A DNA stretch of 64,000 bases, taken from an uncultured Bacteroidales bacterium. GTDB taxonomy: Bacteria > Bacteroidota > Bacteroidia > Bacteroidales > JAAYJT01. Both the position numbers and the translations under genes were made by a program. Below are positions 10,731 through 21,350 of this stretch, piece after piece. The stretch is from NCBI GenBank assembly GCA_964419945.1, contig CAYQRU010000004.1, forward strand, positions 2,299 through 66,298, in the 5' to 3' direction. Positions within the stretch are counted from its first letter, which is position 1; every line of letters starts with the position of its first letter. The notes under the pieces were generated by a model. That model saw only the letters and a list, made by a program, of their open reading frames with translations. It searched no databases and was not told the origin of the DNA.

Positions 10731-13700
10731 CTAATTAAATGTTACATCGAGGCATAGTCCTCTCAGTTCATGAATCAGCACATTGAAAGATTCAGGAATT
10801 CCCGGTGTGGGCATATTCTGACCTTTCACGATAGCCTCGTAAGCTTTGGCCCTGCCAACCACATCATCGGATTTAACAGTAAGCACTTCCTGTAAAATAT
10901 TTGCTGCGCCGAAAGCTTCCAGTGCCCAGACTTCCATTTCCCCGAATCGCTGTCCACCAAATTGAGCTTTTCCGCCAAGAGGTTGCTGGGTAATAAGAGA
11001 GTATGGGCCTATTGAACGGGCGTGCATCTTGTCGTCTACCATATGATGCAGTTTCATCATATAGATGTAACCTACAGTAGCCGGTTGATCAAAACGTTCA
11101 CCGGTGCCACCATCATAAAGATATACCTGGCCGTTTTCCGGTAATCCGGCCTGGCGGAGGTATTGATTGATCTGGTCAATACTGCCACCGTCAAAGATGG
11201 GTGATGCAAACTGGAGACCCAATTTGGCTGCTGCCCAACCTAAAATGGTTTCGTATATCTGGCCCAGATTCATACGTGAAGGAACACCAAGAGGATTCAA
11301 TACAATATCCACTGGGGTTCCGTCTTCGAGGAAAGGCATATCTTCTTCACGTACAATCTTGGCAACAATTCCTTTGTTCCCGTGGCGTCCGGCCATTTTA
11401 TCGCCCACGGTAAGCTTGCGTTTCTTGGCGACATATACTTTTGCCATCTGTACAATACCATTAGGCAATTCATCACCCACAGTAGCAACAAATTTTTTGC
11501 GGTTGTAAACCCCAAGAATTTCCTTATACTGGATCACATAGTTATTGATCATGAGCTTGATCATGTCATTCTTGTCTTTGTCCGAAGTCCACCGGTTTGG
11601 ATTGACGTTGTTAAAGTCAAGTGCACTAAGCATTTTGTAGGTGAACTTAATCTTTTTTGGGATCACCAGTTCTCTGAAATTATTATAAACTCCCTGAGAT
11701 GTCTTGCCATTGAGGATCACGGTAAGCTTATCCACCAGTTTGTTTTTAAGGTCACTCATATTACGGTTAAAATCATCATCAAGGTGTTTGATGATGTCTT
11801 TATCCTTAGCTTTCGATTTTTTATCCTTGATGACCCTTGAGAAAAGCTTTTTGTCAACAACCACTCCACGCATTGATGGAGGTGCTTTGAGGGAAGCATC
11901 TTTCACATCCCCTGCTTTATCGCCAAAAATAGCACGCAGGAGTTTTTCTTCGGGAGTTGGATCGCTTTCTCCTTTAGGTGTTATCTTGCCAATCAGAATA
12001 TCGCCTTCCTTCACTTCGGCACCGATACGGATAAGCCCGTTTTCATCCAGATCTTTTGTAGCTTCCGAGCTGACATTTGGAATGTCGTTCGTTAATTCTT
12101 CTACCCCGCGTTTGGTATCACGGACTTCCAATGCAAACTCTTCGATATGCACTGACGTAAAGATATCTTCTCTCACGATACGTTCAGAGATGACAATGGC
12201 ATCTTCAAAATTGTAACCTTTCCAGGGCATGAAGGCTACCATAAGATTTCGGCCGAGAGCAAGTTCACCTTCTTTTGTAGCATAACCTTCGCAGAGCACC
12301 TGCCCTTTTTTCACTTTCATTCCTTTATGCACTACTGGCCTTAAGTTGATGCAGGTGTTTTGATTGGTTCTGGCAAATTTGGTGAGGTCATATTTTTTTA
12401 CATCATCGTCGAAACTGACAAGGCGTTCGTTTTCATCACGGGTGTAACGAATAACGATTTCTGTCGCATCAACATATTCTACCATCCCATTACCTTCGGC
12501 ATGTATCAGAACACGCGAATCGCGGGCAACAGCTTTTTCTATTCCGGTTCCCACAAGAGGTACTTCAGGATTCAACAGAGGAACAGCCTGGCGCATCATG
12601 TTTGATCCCATCAGTGCGCGGTTGGCGTCGTCATGTTCAAGGAATGGGATCAACGAAGCTGCAATGGATGCAATCTGATTTGGAGCAACGTCTATCAGGT
12701 GTAATTTTTCGCGATCAACAATAGGGTAATCAGCGAGATAACGGACTTTGACGTTTTCGTCTGCAATACGTCCATCGTCTGAAATAGGAGTGCTTGCCTG
12801 AGCAATGATTTTGTTTTCTTCTTCCTCAGCGCTCAGGTAAATCGGGGACTCCTTAAGCATAACTTTCCCTTCCAAAACCCGCTGATAGGGAGTTTCAATA
12901 AAGCCCATGCGGTTTACCTTGGCAAATACGCAAAGAGATGAAATCAACCCAATGTTTGGACCTTCCGGTGTTTCGATGGTGCAAAGACGGCCATAATGGG
13001 TATAGTGCACATCGCGTACCTCAAAGCCTGCACGTTCACGCGACAAGCCTCCGGGTCCCAATGCTGAGACCCTACGTTTATGGGTTAGCTCTGCAAGTGG
13101 ATTGGTCTGATCCATAAATTGCGAGAGCTGGTTGGTTCCAAAAAAAGAATTAATAACTGAGGATAAGGTTTTGGCATTGATCAGATCGGTTGGAGTAAAT
13201 ACCTCATTATCCCTCACATTCATACGTTCTCTGATGGTACGCGACATACGTGCCAATCCGACACCAAACTGATTATAAAGCTGTTCGCCAACAGTACGCA
13301 CCCTACGATTGCTGAGGTGGTCAATATCGTCCACCTCAGTGCGGTCGTTTATCAAACTAATCAGATATTTGATGATAGAAATAATGTCTTCCTTAGTAAG
13401 AACCCTTGTGTCAATGGGTATTTCGAGGTTAAGCTTTTTATTGATTCTGTACCGGCCAACTTCTCCAAGATCATAACGTTTATCGGAGAAGAATAGTTTT
13501 TCAATGATACCCCGCGCAGTTTCTTCATCGGGAGGTTCGGCATTGCGAAGCAAACGGTAAATGAATTCAACAGCCTCTTTTTCTGAATTGGCTGTGTCTT
13601 TCTGCATGGTATTGAAAATGATCGAATAGTCCTGAACGTTGGCACCTTCTCTGTGTATAAGAATGGTTTTAGCGCCCGATTCCACGATCATGTCAATATG

Positions 13701-14537
13701 ATTACTCTCAAGAACTGTTTCACGGTCAATGATCACCTCAGTTCTTTCGATCGAAACCACTTCGCCGGTATCTTCATCTACGAAGTCTTCGATCCATGTT
13801 TTCAAAACCCTGGCTGCCAGTTTGCTACCCACAGCTTTCTTGATGGCAGCCTTGCTAACTTTAATTTCTTCTGCAAGTTCAAATATTTCAAGGATATCAC
13901 GATCGCTTTCGTAACCGATGGCACGAAGAAGGGTGGTAACCGGTAATTTCTTTTTTCGGTCAATGTATGCATACATGACGTTGTTGATGTCCGTGGTAAA
14001 TTCCATCCACGATCCTTTGAAAGGAATAATTCGCGCAGAATATAACTGCTGCCCGTTGGCATGGAATGAAGTTCCAAAAAACACACCTGGCGACCGGTGC
14101 AACTGAGAAACCACAACACGTTCAGCACCATTGATGATGAATGTCCCCCGGGGAGTCATATAAGGAATCATACCAAGATAAACATCCTGGATAATAGTTT
14201 CAAAATCCTCGTGTTCGGGATCAGTACAATATAATTTAAGCTTAGCCTTAAGGGGAACGCTGTAGGTTAAGCCTCTTTCAATACATTCTTCGATTGAGTA
14301 GCGGGGTGGATCAATATAATAGTCCAGAAATTCGAGGACAAAATTATTTCGTGCATCTGTGATCGGAAAGTTTTCGCTGAAAACTTTGAAAAGGCCCTCA
14401 TTCATCCTGTTTTCCGGATTGGTTTCCAATTGAAAAAAATCCTGAAAGGATTTCAATTGTATGTCGAGAAAATCAGGATAATCGGCCTTTATCTGAGCAG
14501 ATGCAAAACTAATTCTTTTTGATTTTTCAGGTACCAA
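10731..14537 (-). CDS. rpoB: RNA polymerase beta subunit (TTG start)
   Basis: [52 protein letters not shown]. Confidence 0.99.
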   Translation of the reverse strand: MVPEKSKRISFASAQIKADYPDFLDIQLKSFQDFFQLETNPENRMNEGLFKVFSENFPITDARNNFVLEFLDYYIDPPRYSIEECIERGLTYSVPLKAKLKLYCTDPEHEDFETIIQDVYLGMIPYMTPRGTFIINGAERVVVSQLHRSPGVFFGTSFHANGQQLYSARIIPFKGSWMEFTTDINNVMYAYIDRKKKLPVTTLLRAIGYESDRDILEIFELAEEIKVSKAAIKKAVGSKLAARVLKTWIEDFVDEDTGEVVSIERTEVIIDRETVLESNHIDMIVESGAKTILIHREGANVQDYSIIFNTMQKDTANSEKEAVEFIYRLLRNAEPPDEETARGIIEKLFFSDKRYDLGEVGRYRINKKLNLEIPIDTRVLTKEDIISIIKYLISLINDRTEVDDIDHLSNRRVRTVGEQLYNQFGVGLARMSRTIRERMNVRDNEVFTPTDLINAKTLSSVINSFFGTNQLSQFMDQTNPLAELTHKRRVSALGPGGLSRERAGFEVRDVHYTHYGRLCTIETPEGPNIGLISSLCVFAKVNRMGFIETPYQRVLEGKVMLKESPIYLSAEEEENKIIAQASTPISDDGRIADENVKVRYLADYPIVDREKLHLIDVAPNQIASIAASLIPFLEHDDANRALMGSNMMRQAVPLLNPEVPLVGTGIEKAVARDSRVLIHAEGNGMVEYVDATEIVIRYTRDENERLVSFDDDVKKYDLTKFARTNQNTCINLRPVVHKGMKVKKGQVLCEGYATKEGELALGRNLMVAFMPWKGYNFEDAIVISERIVREDIFTSVHIEEFALEVRDTKRGVEELTNDIPNVSSEATKDLDENGLIRIGAEVKEGDILIGKITPKGESDPTPEEKLLRAIFGDKAGDVKDASLKAPPSMRGVVVDKKLFSRVIKDKKSKAKDKDIIKHLDDDFNRNMSDLKNKLVDKLTVILNGKTSQGVYNNFRELVIPKKIKFTYKMLSALDFNNVNPNRWTSDKDKNDMIKLMINNYVIQYKEILGVYNRKKFVATVGDELPNGIVQMAKVYVAKKRKLTVGDKMAGRHGNKGIVAKIVREEDMPFLEDGTPVDIVLNPLGVPSRMNLGQIYETILGWAAAKLGLQFASPIFDGGSIDQINQYLRQAGLPENGQVYLYDGGTGERFDQPATVGYIYMMKLHHMVDDKMHARSIGPYSLITQQPLGGKAQFGGQRFGEMEVWALEAFGAANILQEVLTVKSDDVVGRAKAYEAIVKGQNMPTPGIPESFNVLIHELRGLCLDVTFN

Positions 14538-14605
14538 GGTTGTTTGAATTTTAAGTTTGCAGCTAAATTACTTGTAAGGACGGCCCGCAATGGGAAAAGA
14601 TGCAA

Positions 14606-14643
14606 ACAGACCACTCAACCCGGGATGGGTTGAGTCGGTCTGT
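14606..14643 (-). terminator. Stable hairpin between rplL and rpoB (terminator/attenuator candidate)
   Basis: ACAGACC-ACTCAACCC/GGGTTGAGT-C-GGTCTGT, 16 bp with one bulge; only a weak U-rich tail on the minus strand. Confidence 0.55.
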
Positions 14644-14662
14644 GCGTAATGTTGGTCTGTAA

Positions 14663-15043
14663 CTATTTGATTTCGACTTCAGCGCCGGCTTCTTCCAGTT
14701 GTTTGGCCAGTGCATCGGCTTCATCCCTGGTGATGCCTTCCTTAATCGCTTTAGGAGCCGCATCAACCAATTCTTTGGCTTCTTTCAGGCCAAGGCTGGT
14801 GAGTTCTTTTACCAGTTTCACCACGGCCAGCTTCGATTGTCCGGGATGTTTCAGTATAACATCAAACTGGGTTTGTTCTTCAACTGCTGCTGCAGCATCG
14901 CCGCCAACAGGGCCAGCCATCATTACCGGAGCTGCGGCTGCCGGCTCAATACCGTATTCTTCTTTCAGAATTTTAGCCAATTCATTGACTTCTTTAACTG
15001 TTAAATTAACCAGTTGTTCTGCGAAAGCTTTCAAATCTGCCAT
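14663..15043 (-). CDS. rplL: 50S ribosomal protein L7/L12
   Basis: [44 protein letters not shown]. Confidence 0.98.
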   Translation of the reverse strand: MADLKAFAEQLVNLTVKEVNELAKILKEEYGIEPAAAAPVMMAGPVGGDAAAAVEEQTQFDVILKHPGQSKLAVVKLVKELTSLGLKEAKELVDAAPKAIKEGITRDEADALAKQLEEAGAEVEIK

Positions 15044-15136
15044 TTTATTTGAGTTGTTTAATTGTTCTTAAAAGATTTTATTTATTAATTCAATTTACTA
15101 CAATTCAGCTTTTTAGCTACTGTTTCTTAAAAAATT

Positions 15137-15664
15137 TCAGCCTGCTGATTCTTTTTCAGATAAAGTTTCCAAAATGCCTGCTAATTTTGATCCGCCCGAC
15201 TGCAATGCAGAGATAACATTTCGGGCTGGTGATTGCAATAAAGCAATGAGATCGCCAACCAATTCATTCTTTGATTTGATGTTGATCAGGAAATCGATCT
15301 GGTTATCGCCAAGATATGCCATTTCTTCAATGTAAGCCGCTTTTAATATCGGTTTTGGAGCATTTTTCCTGAATTCCTTAATAAGCTTTGCGGGATCATT
15401 AGCCATTTCAGATATCATGATGGCTGTGGGCCCTGCAAGTGCGCTGTAAAGTCCTGAGAAGTCTTTTCCTGACCGCTCCATAGCTTTCTTTAAAAGGGTG
15501 TTTTTCACAACAATCATTTTGATATCTTTCTTATAGCATTGCCTGCGAAGCTGATTGGTAACTTCAACATTCAACTCAGATGTATCGGTGATGTAAAGAC
15601 AACTGATTTTTTTCAGTTGCTCAGTCAGAGATTCTATTAACTGGGTTTTTGCTTCCTTTTTCAT
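15137..15664 (-). CDS. rplJ: 50S ribosomal protein L10
   Basis: VVKNTLLKKAM, LAGPTAI, LLQSPARNVISALQ; position between rplA and rplL. Confidence 0.96.
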   Translation of the reverse strand: MKKEAKTQLIESLTEQLKKISCLYITDTSELNVEVTNQLRRQCYKKDIKMIVVKNTLLKKAMERSGKDFSGLYSALAGPTAIMISEMANDPAKLIKEFRKNAPKPILKAAYIEEMAYLGDNQIDFLINIKSKNELVGDLIALLQSPARNVISALQSGGSKLAGILETLSEKESAG

Positions 15665-15689
15665 AACTCCTTCGGTTATTGCTCGGAAA

Positions 15690-15739
15690 ATATCATATGG
15701 TTTTCCGGCTCTTTAACAAGCGGTCAACCATGATGATAT
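15690..15739 (-). promoter_or_regulatory. Putative L10-leader autoregulatory RNA
   Basis: Stem ATATCAT-C-ATGGTT/AACCAT-ATGATAT enclosing TAAAGAGCCGG, directly upstream of rplJ where L10 leaders occur. Confidence 0.5.
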
Positions 15740-16435
15740 TTACGAGGTAAATGATTTAGGATCAACATGAATACCCGGGCTCATTGTACTTGACATGAAT
15801 ACACTTTTGATGTAAGTACCTTTGGCAGCGGCGGGTTTCAACTTAACAATAGTTTGGAGTAATTCTTTTGCATTCTCCATAATCTTGGGTACCTCAAACG
15901 AAACCTTACCAATTGAAGCATGAATGATACCATATTTATCAACTTTAAAGTCAATTTTTCCGGCTTTAACCTCATTCACAGCTTTTCCAATATCCATGGT
16001 AACGGTCCCGGCTTTTGGGTTAGGCATAAGGCCACGGGGTCCTAATATTTTTCCCAGTGCGCCTATTTTGGGCATTACGGTAGGCATGGTAATAATGACA
16101 TCAACATCAGTCCATCCGGATTTGATTTTGTTGATATAATCATCGAGACCTACATAGTCAGCTCCGGCTGCTTTAGCTTCGTCTTCCTTTTCAGGAGTAC
16201 AAAGAACAAGCACTCTGACAACCTTTCCTGTGCCATGCGGCAAAGTAACGATACCTCTAACCATTTGGTTTGCTTTACGTGGATCAACGCCCAGCCGGAC
16301 ATCAAGGTCAACGGAAGCATCAAATCTGGTATAAGTGATTTCTTTTACAAGTTTTGCAGCATCAGTCAAGGAATAAAGTGCAGTCTTATCTATTTTCTTC
16401 AGAGCCTCTTTTCGTTTTTTCGTCAGTGTTGCCAT
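15740..16435 (-). CDS. rplA: 50S ribosomal protein L1
   Basis: [46 protein letters not shown]. Confidence 0.98.
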   Translation of the reverse strand: MATLTKKRKEALKKIDKTALYSLTDAAKLVKEITYTRFDASVDLDVRLGVDPRKANQMVRGIVTLPHGTGKVVRVLVLCTPEKEDEAKAAGADYVGLDDYINKIKSGWTDVDVIITMPTVMPKIGALGKILGPRGLMPNPKAGTVTMDIGKAVNEVKAGKIDFKVDKYGIIHASIGKVSFEVPKIMENAKELLQTIVKLKPAAAKGTYIKSVFMSSTMSPGIHVDPKSFTS

Positions 16436-16492
16436 CTTTTCTGTTAAGTTAGCGTTTGCATAGGTTTGTTAACACATACATCTGTCCATTGG

Positions 16493-16939
16493 TCACTTGG
16501 CGCCAATAGGTGATTTACCTTTGATCGTGATTCCCATGCTGCGGGCAGTCCCTGCAACCATGCTCATTGCTGCATCCATTGTGAAGGCATTCAGGTCAGT
16601 CATTTTTGCTTCAGCAATGGCCTGAACCTGTTCCCATGTAACCGATGCTACTTTATTACGGTTAGGCTCGGCTGAGCCCTGTTTAATTTTTGCAGCTTCT
16701 AGTAACTGAACAGCGACAGGAGGGGTCTTAACAATGAATGTGAACGATTTGTCTTTGAAAACAGTGATGATCACAGGGATCAGCTTACCCATTGAATTTT
16801 GGGTACGGGCATTGAACTGTTTACAGAATTCCATGATGTTCACCCCTTTTGCCCCCAAAGCAGGCCCAACTGGAGGAGAAGGATTAGCGGCTCCGCCTTT
16901 AATCTGTAATTTAATAATTCCAGTTATTTCTTTTGCCAT
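16493..16939 (-). CDS. rplK: 50S ribosomal protein L11
   Basis: [31 protein letters not shown]. Confidence 0.98.
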   Translation of the reverse strand: MAKEITGIIKLQIKGGAANPSPPVGPALGAKGVNIMEFCKQFNARTQNSMGKLIPVIITVFKDKSFTFIVKTPPVAVQLLEAAKIKQGSAEPNRNKVASVTWEQVQAIAEAKMTDLNAFTMDAAMSMVAGTARSMGITIKGKSPIGAK

Positions 16940-17003
16940 GTTCTAATATCAGGTAAATAGGTGAGTATTAAATAAATAAATGCCTTATAAGGCAGGAAAG
17001 GTA

Positions 17004-17546
17004 CTATTCTTTCTCAACCTGCATGAAACTCAGTTCAAGGGGAGTTTTTCTTCCGAAGATCTTTACCATCACTTTCAGCCGTTTTTTCTCTTCATTGATC
17101 TCTTCGATAACACCGCTAAAACTGTTAAAAGGTCCGTCAATGACCGTAACAGTTTCACCGACAATAAACGGAATATTGAGTTCTTCACCTTTTTCTGACA
17201 TTTCATCCACTCGTCCCAGAATGCGATTCACTTCCGATGCGCGCAGTGGCTCGGCTTCTCCCTTGGTTCCAAGAAAGCCCAATACACCGGGAATATGCCT
17301 GAGAAGATGTGGTACTTCGCCGGTCCAAACGGCTTCAACCAGAATATAGCCCGGAAAGAAATTACGTTCCTTGCTGATTTTTTTCCCTTTTCTGATCTGG
17401 TAAACCTTTTCAGTGGGAATAAGAACCTGCGAAACACTATCTTTCAGTCCCAGACGATTGACTTCACTCTCGATGTATTGTTTCACTTTCTTTTCATTTC
17501 CGGTAATGGCTCGTAAAACGTACCATTTTTTTAGATCATCGCTCAT
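17004..17546 (-). CDS. nusG: Transcription termination/antitermination factor NusG
   Basis: WYVLR, FFPGYILVE, KOW motif GETVTVIDGPFNSFSG, VKIFGRKTPLELSF. Confidence 0.98.
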   Translation of the reverse strand: MSDDLKKWYVLRAITGNEKKVKQYIESEVNRLGLKDSVSQVLIPTEKVYQIRKGKKISKERNFFPGYILVEAVWTGEVPHLLRHIPGVLGFLGTKGEAEPLRASEVNRILGRVDEMSEKGEELNIPFIVGETVTVIDGPFNSFSGVIEEINEEKKRLKVMVKIFGRKTPLELSFMQVEKE

Positions 17547-17609
17547 GCTTTGTGTTGAAATTGAAAAGAATTAATACCAGGATATAATTGATGTTCAGTA
17601 ATGCACCGA

Positions 17610-17807
17610 TCAAACAAGTTTGTAAAATTGCTCAAGAACTGTTTGAAAGGATTTATCCATCAGATAAACGACTAAAGCGATTATCAGGGAAGCAACGGAT
17701 ACAACGATTGCACTACTTTGCAGCTCACTCCACGAAGGCCAGGAAACTTTGTGCATCAGCTCGTCGTAACTCTCGCTGATGTACGTTTGAAATTTAAACT
17801 TTGCCAT
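17610..17807 (-). CDS. secE: Preprotein translocase subunit SecE (start moved to ATG 17807)
   Basis: ELMHKVSWPSWSEL followed by one TM helix; between tRNA-Trp and nusG. The longer ORF-track start lies inside the tRNA. Confidence 0.93.
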   Translation of the reverse strand: MAKFKFQTYISESYDELMHKVSWPSWSELQSSAIVVSVASLIIALVVYLMDKSFQTVLEQFYKLV

Positions 17808-17822
17808 AATAACTAAATTTTG

Positions 17823-17895
17823 CACGGGTGGAGAGGCTCGAACTCCCGACACTCGGTTTTGGAGACCGATGCTCTACCAACTGAGCTACACCCGT
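17823..17895 (-). tRNA. tRNA-Trp(CCA)
   Basis: Cloverleaf ACGGGTG/CACCCGT, anticodon loop CT-CCA-AA, T-loop GTTCGAG. Confidence 0.96.
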
Positions 17896-17967
17896 TTGAA
17901 AACCATCTGTAATTGTTCGTTTTGTAAGGGTTGCTGTATAGCAACCCTTACAAAACTATTCTTATGT

Positions 17968-19155
17968 TTAATCAAGAATTTCAGTGATCTGGCCTGCTCC
18001 AACAGTACGTCCGCCTTCACGAATAGCAAAACGCAATCCCTTATTCAATGCAATTTCATGTATCAGATGAACATGTATTGTCAGGTTGTCGCCAGGCATC
18101 ACCATTTCAACTCCTTCCGGAAGAACGATTTCACCGGTAACATCAGTGGTTCTGAAGTAAAACTGCGGACGATACCTGTTGTGGAAAGGAGTGTGACGCC
18201 CACCTTCTTCCTTCTTCAAAATGTAGACCTCAGCCTTAAACTCTTTATGAGGTTTGATAGAACCTGGTTTGGCAACCACCATACCGCGACGGATAGCATC
18301 TTTATCAATGCCACGCAGCAGCAGTCCTGCATTGTCACCAGCTTCACCTTCGTCAAGAAGTTTGCGGAACATCTCAACACCAGTAACTACTGATTTCAGC
18401 TTTTCGGCACCCAATCCGATAATATCCACCGGCTCACCAACGCGTATGATACCGGTTTCAATTCTTCCGGTAGCAACCGTACCACGTCCAGTAATTGAAA
18501 AAACGTCTTCGACCGGCATCAGGAATTCTTTATCACGGTCGCGCACAGGCAGGGGAATGTAAGTATCAACTGCTGCCATGAGTTCCATTACTTTTTCAAC
18601 CCATTTGGGTTCCTTATTTAATCCGCCTAATGCTGAACCACGAATCACCGGAGCATTATCGCCATCGAAACCGTAGAACGTCAGCAAATCGCGGATTTCC
18701 ATTTCAACAAGTTCGAGAAGTTCTTCATCATCAACCAGGTCAACCTTGTTCATAAAAACAACGAGGCGAGGTACGCCAACCTGACGGGCCAAAAGGATAT
18801 GTTCGCGGGTCTGGGGCATGGGTCCATCAGTTGCAGCTACAACCAGGATAGCGCCATCCATCTGGGCAGCTCCGGTAACCATGTTCTTGATATAGTCAGC
18901 GTGACCCGGACAGTCAACGTGTGCATAATGCCTGTTTTCAGTCTGATATTCAACGTGAGCAGTATTAATGGTAATGCCTCTTTCTTTTTCTTCGGGAGCA
19001 TTATCAATAGAATCAAATGATCTGTACTCGGAAAGTCCCTTTTCAGAAAGAATGAGAGTAATCGCTGCTGTCAGCGTTGTCTTGCCGTGATCAATGTGAC
19101 CAATAGTGCCTACGTTGACGTGCGGCTTCGAACGGGTGAATTTTTCTTTTGCCAT
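17968..19155 (-). CDS. tuf: Elongation factor Tu
   Basis: [32 protein letters not shown]. Confidence 0.99.
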   Translation of the reverse strand: MAKEKFTRSKPHVNVGTIGHIDHGKTTLTAAITLILSEKGLSEYRSFDSIDNAPEEKERGITINTAHVEYQTENRHYAHVDCPGHADYIKNMVTGAAQMDGAILVVAATDGPMPQTREHILLARQVGVPRLVVFMNKVDLVDDEELLELVEMEIRDLLTFYGFDGDNAPVIRGSALGGLNKEPKWVEKVMELMAAVDTYIPLPVRDRDKEFLMPVEDVFSITGRGTVATGRIETGIIRVGEPVDIIGLGAEKLKSVVTGVEMFRKLLDEGEAGDNAGLLLRGIDKDAIRRGMVVAKPGSIKPHKEFKAEVYILKKEEGGRHTPFHNRYRPQFYFRTTDVTGEIVLPEGVEMVMPGDNLTIHVHLIHEIALNKGLRFAIREGGRTVGAGQITEILD

Positions 19156-19213
19156 ATTGAATTATTATTACTGATTAATAAGAGAAGGTTTTACAATCAA
19201 AAAATTTAAATTG

Positions 19214-19285
19214 AGCCAATGATGAGATTTGAACTCATGACCCCTTCCTTACCAAGGAAGTGCTCTACCCCTGAGCTACATCGGC
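19214..19285 (-). tRNA. tRNA-Thr(GGT)
   Basis: GCCGATG/CATTGGC acceptor stem, anticodon loop TT-GGT-AA. Confidence 0.95.
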
Positions 19286-19294
19286 TGGTGATTG

Positions 19295-19367
19295 AGCGGA
19301 AGACGGGGTTCGAACCCGCTACCTAAAGCTTGGAAGGCTTTCGCTCTGCCAAATGAGCTACTTCCGC
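19295..19367 (-). tRNA. tRNA-Gly(TCC)
   Basis: GCGGAAG/CTTCCGC acceptor stem, anticodon loop CT-TCC-AA. Confidence 0.95.
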
Positions 19368-19379
19368 TTGTTATACCAG

Positions 19380-19461
19380 TGGGGAGAGGAGGATTCGAAC
19401 CTCCGAAGGCTTAGCCAACAGATTTACAGTCTGCCCCATTTGACCGCTCTGGTATCTCCCC
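19380..19461 (-). tRNA. tRNA-Tyr(GTA)
   Basis: GGGGAGA/TCTCCCC acceptor stem, anticodon loop CT-GTA-AA, long variable arm. Confidence 0.95.
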
Positions 19462-19483
19462 TTTTCAACAATTAAAAGAACTG

Positions 19484-19557
19484 AGCCGATAGAGGGATTC
19501 GAACCCCCGACCCGCTGATTACAAATCAGCTGCTCTGGCCAACTGAGCTACATCGGC
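19484..19557 (-). tRNA. tRNA-Thr(TGT)
   Basis: GCCGATG/TATCGGC acceptor stem, anticodon loop TT-TGT-AA. Confidence 0.95.
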
Positions 19558-19688
19558 AATTACTTTTTTCAGCAAGGTCTGTGCTTAGGCAGTAATTATC
19601 TATTTCACCAAACAGTACTGATTTCCCTGCTTTTATGCGCCAATCCCTTGTGTTGCTTATAGAAACAACATTCTGAAAAAAAGGACTG

Positions 19689-19719
19689 CAAAAGTATAAA
19701 ACATTGCTGAATCTGCAAA
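19689..19719 (-). promoter_or_regulatory. Primary-sigma promoter of the tRNA-tuf operon
   Basis: Minus strand TTTG-N19-TACTTTTG matches the Bacteroidota -33/-7 consensus. Confidence 0.75.
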
Positions 19720-19749
19720 ATATATCAAATAATTTTTTTCAGATTCTTA

Positions 19750-20046
19750 TTAACCCCTCAGTTTTTCCTTGTATTTCTTGATCTGTGAACGCAATGCCTC
19801 TACCGCATTATCAATTGCTTCTTCGAAAGTTTTGCATTGCTTCTTGGCAAAAAGATCGTTTCCGCGTACCACCAACCTTATTTCAGCTATTTTATTCTCC
19901 TGTTTGTCGTGGTTATCAAGCTTAAGTATGACTTCACTGGAAATAATTCCTTCATAAAGGCTAACCAGCTTTTCAACTTTCTCCTGAATAAAATCGTCTA
20001 ATTTCTGATCTGTCTTGAAATGAACCGATGAGATCTTTACTTTCAT
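19750..20046 (-). CDS. hpf: Ribosome hibernation promoting factor / RaiA family
   Basis: MKVKISSVHF, FIQEKVEKL, NDLFAKKQCKTFEEAID. Confidence 0.9.
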   Translation of the reverse strand: MKVKISSVHFKTDQKLDDFIQEKVEKLVSLYEGIISSEVILKLDNHDKQENKIAEIRLVVRGNDLFAKKQCKTFEEAIDNAVEALRSQIKKYKEKLRG

Positions 20047-20064
20047 AAGTGCCTCCTTTTGTTT

Positions 20065-20952
20065 TTAAGCTTTCGGATGAGCTTGTTGATAAATTCTTTT
20101 AATTCTTTCGATTGTATTATGAGTGTAAACCTGTGTAGCTGCCAGGCTGGCATGTCCCAATAACTCCTTGACTGCGTTTAGGTCAGCCCCGTTATTCAAC
20201 ATACCTGTTGCAAACGTATGCCTGATGACATGCGGACTTTTCTTTTGCTGCGTTGTGATAAGCTGCAGGTTTTGTTTGACTGTAATATATATGAGTTCCG
20301 GGTAAGCTTTTTTGCCCTTCAGTGTGGTGATCAGGAAGTCTTCGTATGCTATGGCACCAAATACTTTTTCTTTGACAGCAGTGTATTCATTGATCATTGC
20401 GAGTAATTCAGCCCCAAATGGAATCATGCGTTGTTTATTTCGCTTTCCCGTTACTGTAAGGGTCAGTGAGTTATTATCAATGTGTTTGTGCTTTAGATCT
20501 GTAAGCTCGGAAACCCGGATACCTGTGGCATAAAGTAATTCAAGTATCATTTTGGTGCGAAGTCCCCGAAAACTATTCCCAAAAACATCTGAATCAAGTA
20601 ATTGATTTACCCTTGAGGTGTCAAGAAACAACGGCAACCTACCTGGAATTTTGGGAGCAACAACTTTCTGTATTGGATTTACCTGCAGAATGTCACGTTT
20701 AACGAGAAATCTGAAAAACGATTTAAGGGTCGAAAGCTTACGGTTTACCGAACGTGGTGAATTGCCGTTACGGAGAATTTCTCCCAACCAGGAGCGGATA
20801 ATCTGACTGTCGACATCTTCAATCAGGGAAATGCCGTAGGTTGATTGTAGATAATTGCTGAATTGCTCAAGATCAGTCTGGTAGGCAATCAAAGTATGCA
20901 CTGAGTAATGCTTTTCCGCTGCGAGGTAGGTGATGAATTCTTTGGCGTGCAT
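20065..20952 (-). CDS. XerC/XerD-family tyrosine recombinase (start taken at ATG 20952)
   Basis: Catalytic residues intact: ATGIRVSEL, TGKRNKQR, HVIRHTFAT, LLGHASL, TQVYTH; sits in the conserved rpsU-xer-hpf arrangement. Confidence 0.9.
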   Translation of the reverse strand: MHAKEFITYLAAEKHYSVHTLIAYQTDLEQFSNYLQSTYGISLIEDVDSQIIRSWLGEILRNGNSPRSVNRKLSTLKSFFRFLVKRDILQVNPIQKVVAPKIPGRLPLFLDTSRVNQLLDSDVFGNSFRGLRTKMILELLYATGIRVSELTDLKHKHIDNNSLTLTVTGKRNKQRMIPFGAELLAMINEYTAVKEKVFGAIAYEDFLITTLKGKKAYPELIYITVKQNLQLITTQQKKSPHVIRHTFATGMLNNGADLNAVKELLGHASLAATQVYTHNTIERIKRIYQQAHPKA

Positions 20953-21080
20953 ATCAATACAAATATAACAAAACTCTGCTTTTAGCACCTTTCTGAAATC
21001 AGCGGCTAAAATACGGTTTTGTTTTTGTAAAAGCAAATTTTGATTCCGGAATTTGCGATAAAATGCCCGAAACGGGTAAA

Positions 21081-21275
21081 TCAGCCGTTTTCCTGTAATT
21101 GCATTTGTTGCACGTAAATGGCCTTGAGCCTTTCTTCACGCTTTTTAACGGAGGGTTTGGTAAACTTCTGCCTTTCGCGCAGTTCTCTTACAACACCTGT
21201 TTTTTCAAATTTTCTTTTGAGTTTCTTTAAGGCTTTATCAATGTTTTCGCCTTCTTTTACGGGTACAATGATCAT
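21081..21275 (-). CDS. rpsU: 30S ribosomal protein bS21
   Basis: VPVKEGENIDKALKKLKRKFEKTGVVRELRERQKFTKPSVKKR. Confidence 0.97.
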   Translation of the reverse strand: MIIVPVKEGENIDKALKKLKRKFEKTGVVRELRERQKFTKPSVKKREERLKAIYVQQMQLQENG

Positions 21276-21312
21276 AAATGCTTATACTTACTGTTTAATT
21301 TTTTTCGGGCTG

Positions 21313-21344
21313 CAAAATTATACATTCGTTTTGTAAGAAACAAA
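21313..21344 (-). promoter_or_regulatory. Primary-sigma promoter of rpsU
   Basis: Minus strand TTTG-N20-TAATTTTG. Confidence 0.65.
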
Positions 21345-21350
21345 CACCCC

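Noticed and set aside
6378-19155. Many 60-170 aa antisense ORFs over rpoC, rpoB, ribosomal protein genes and tuf
   Set aside because: They are shadow frames of conserved genes with no motifs of their own. No intein or intron-sized insertion is evident in rpoB or rpoC.
20065-20952. Tyrosine recombinase next to a tRNA cluster as the integrase of a genomic island
   Set aside because: It lies between rpsU and hpf, a conserved Bacteroidota arrangement. I saw no duplicated tRNA 3' end and no cargo genes.
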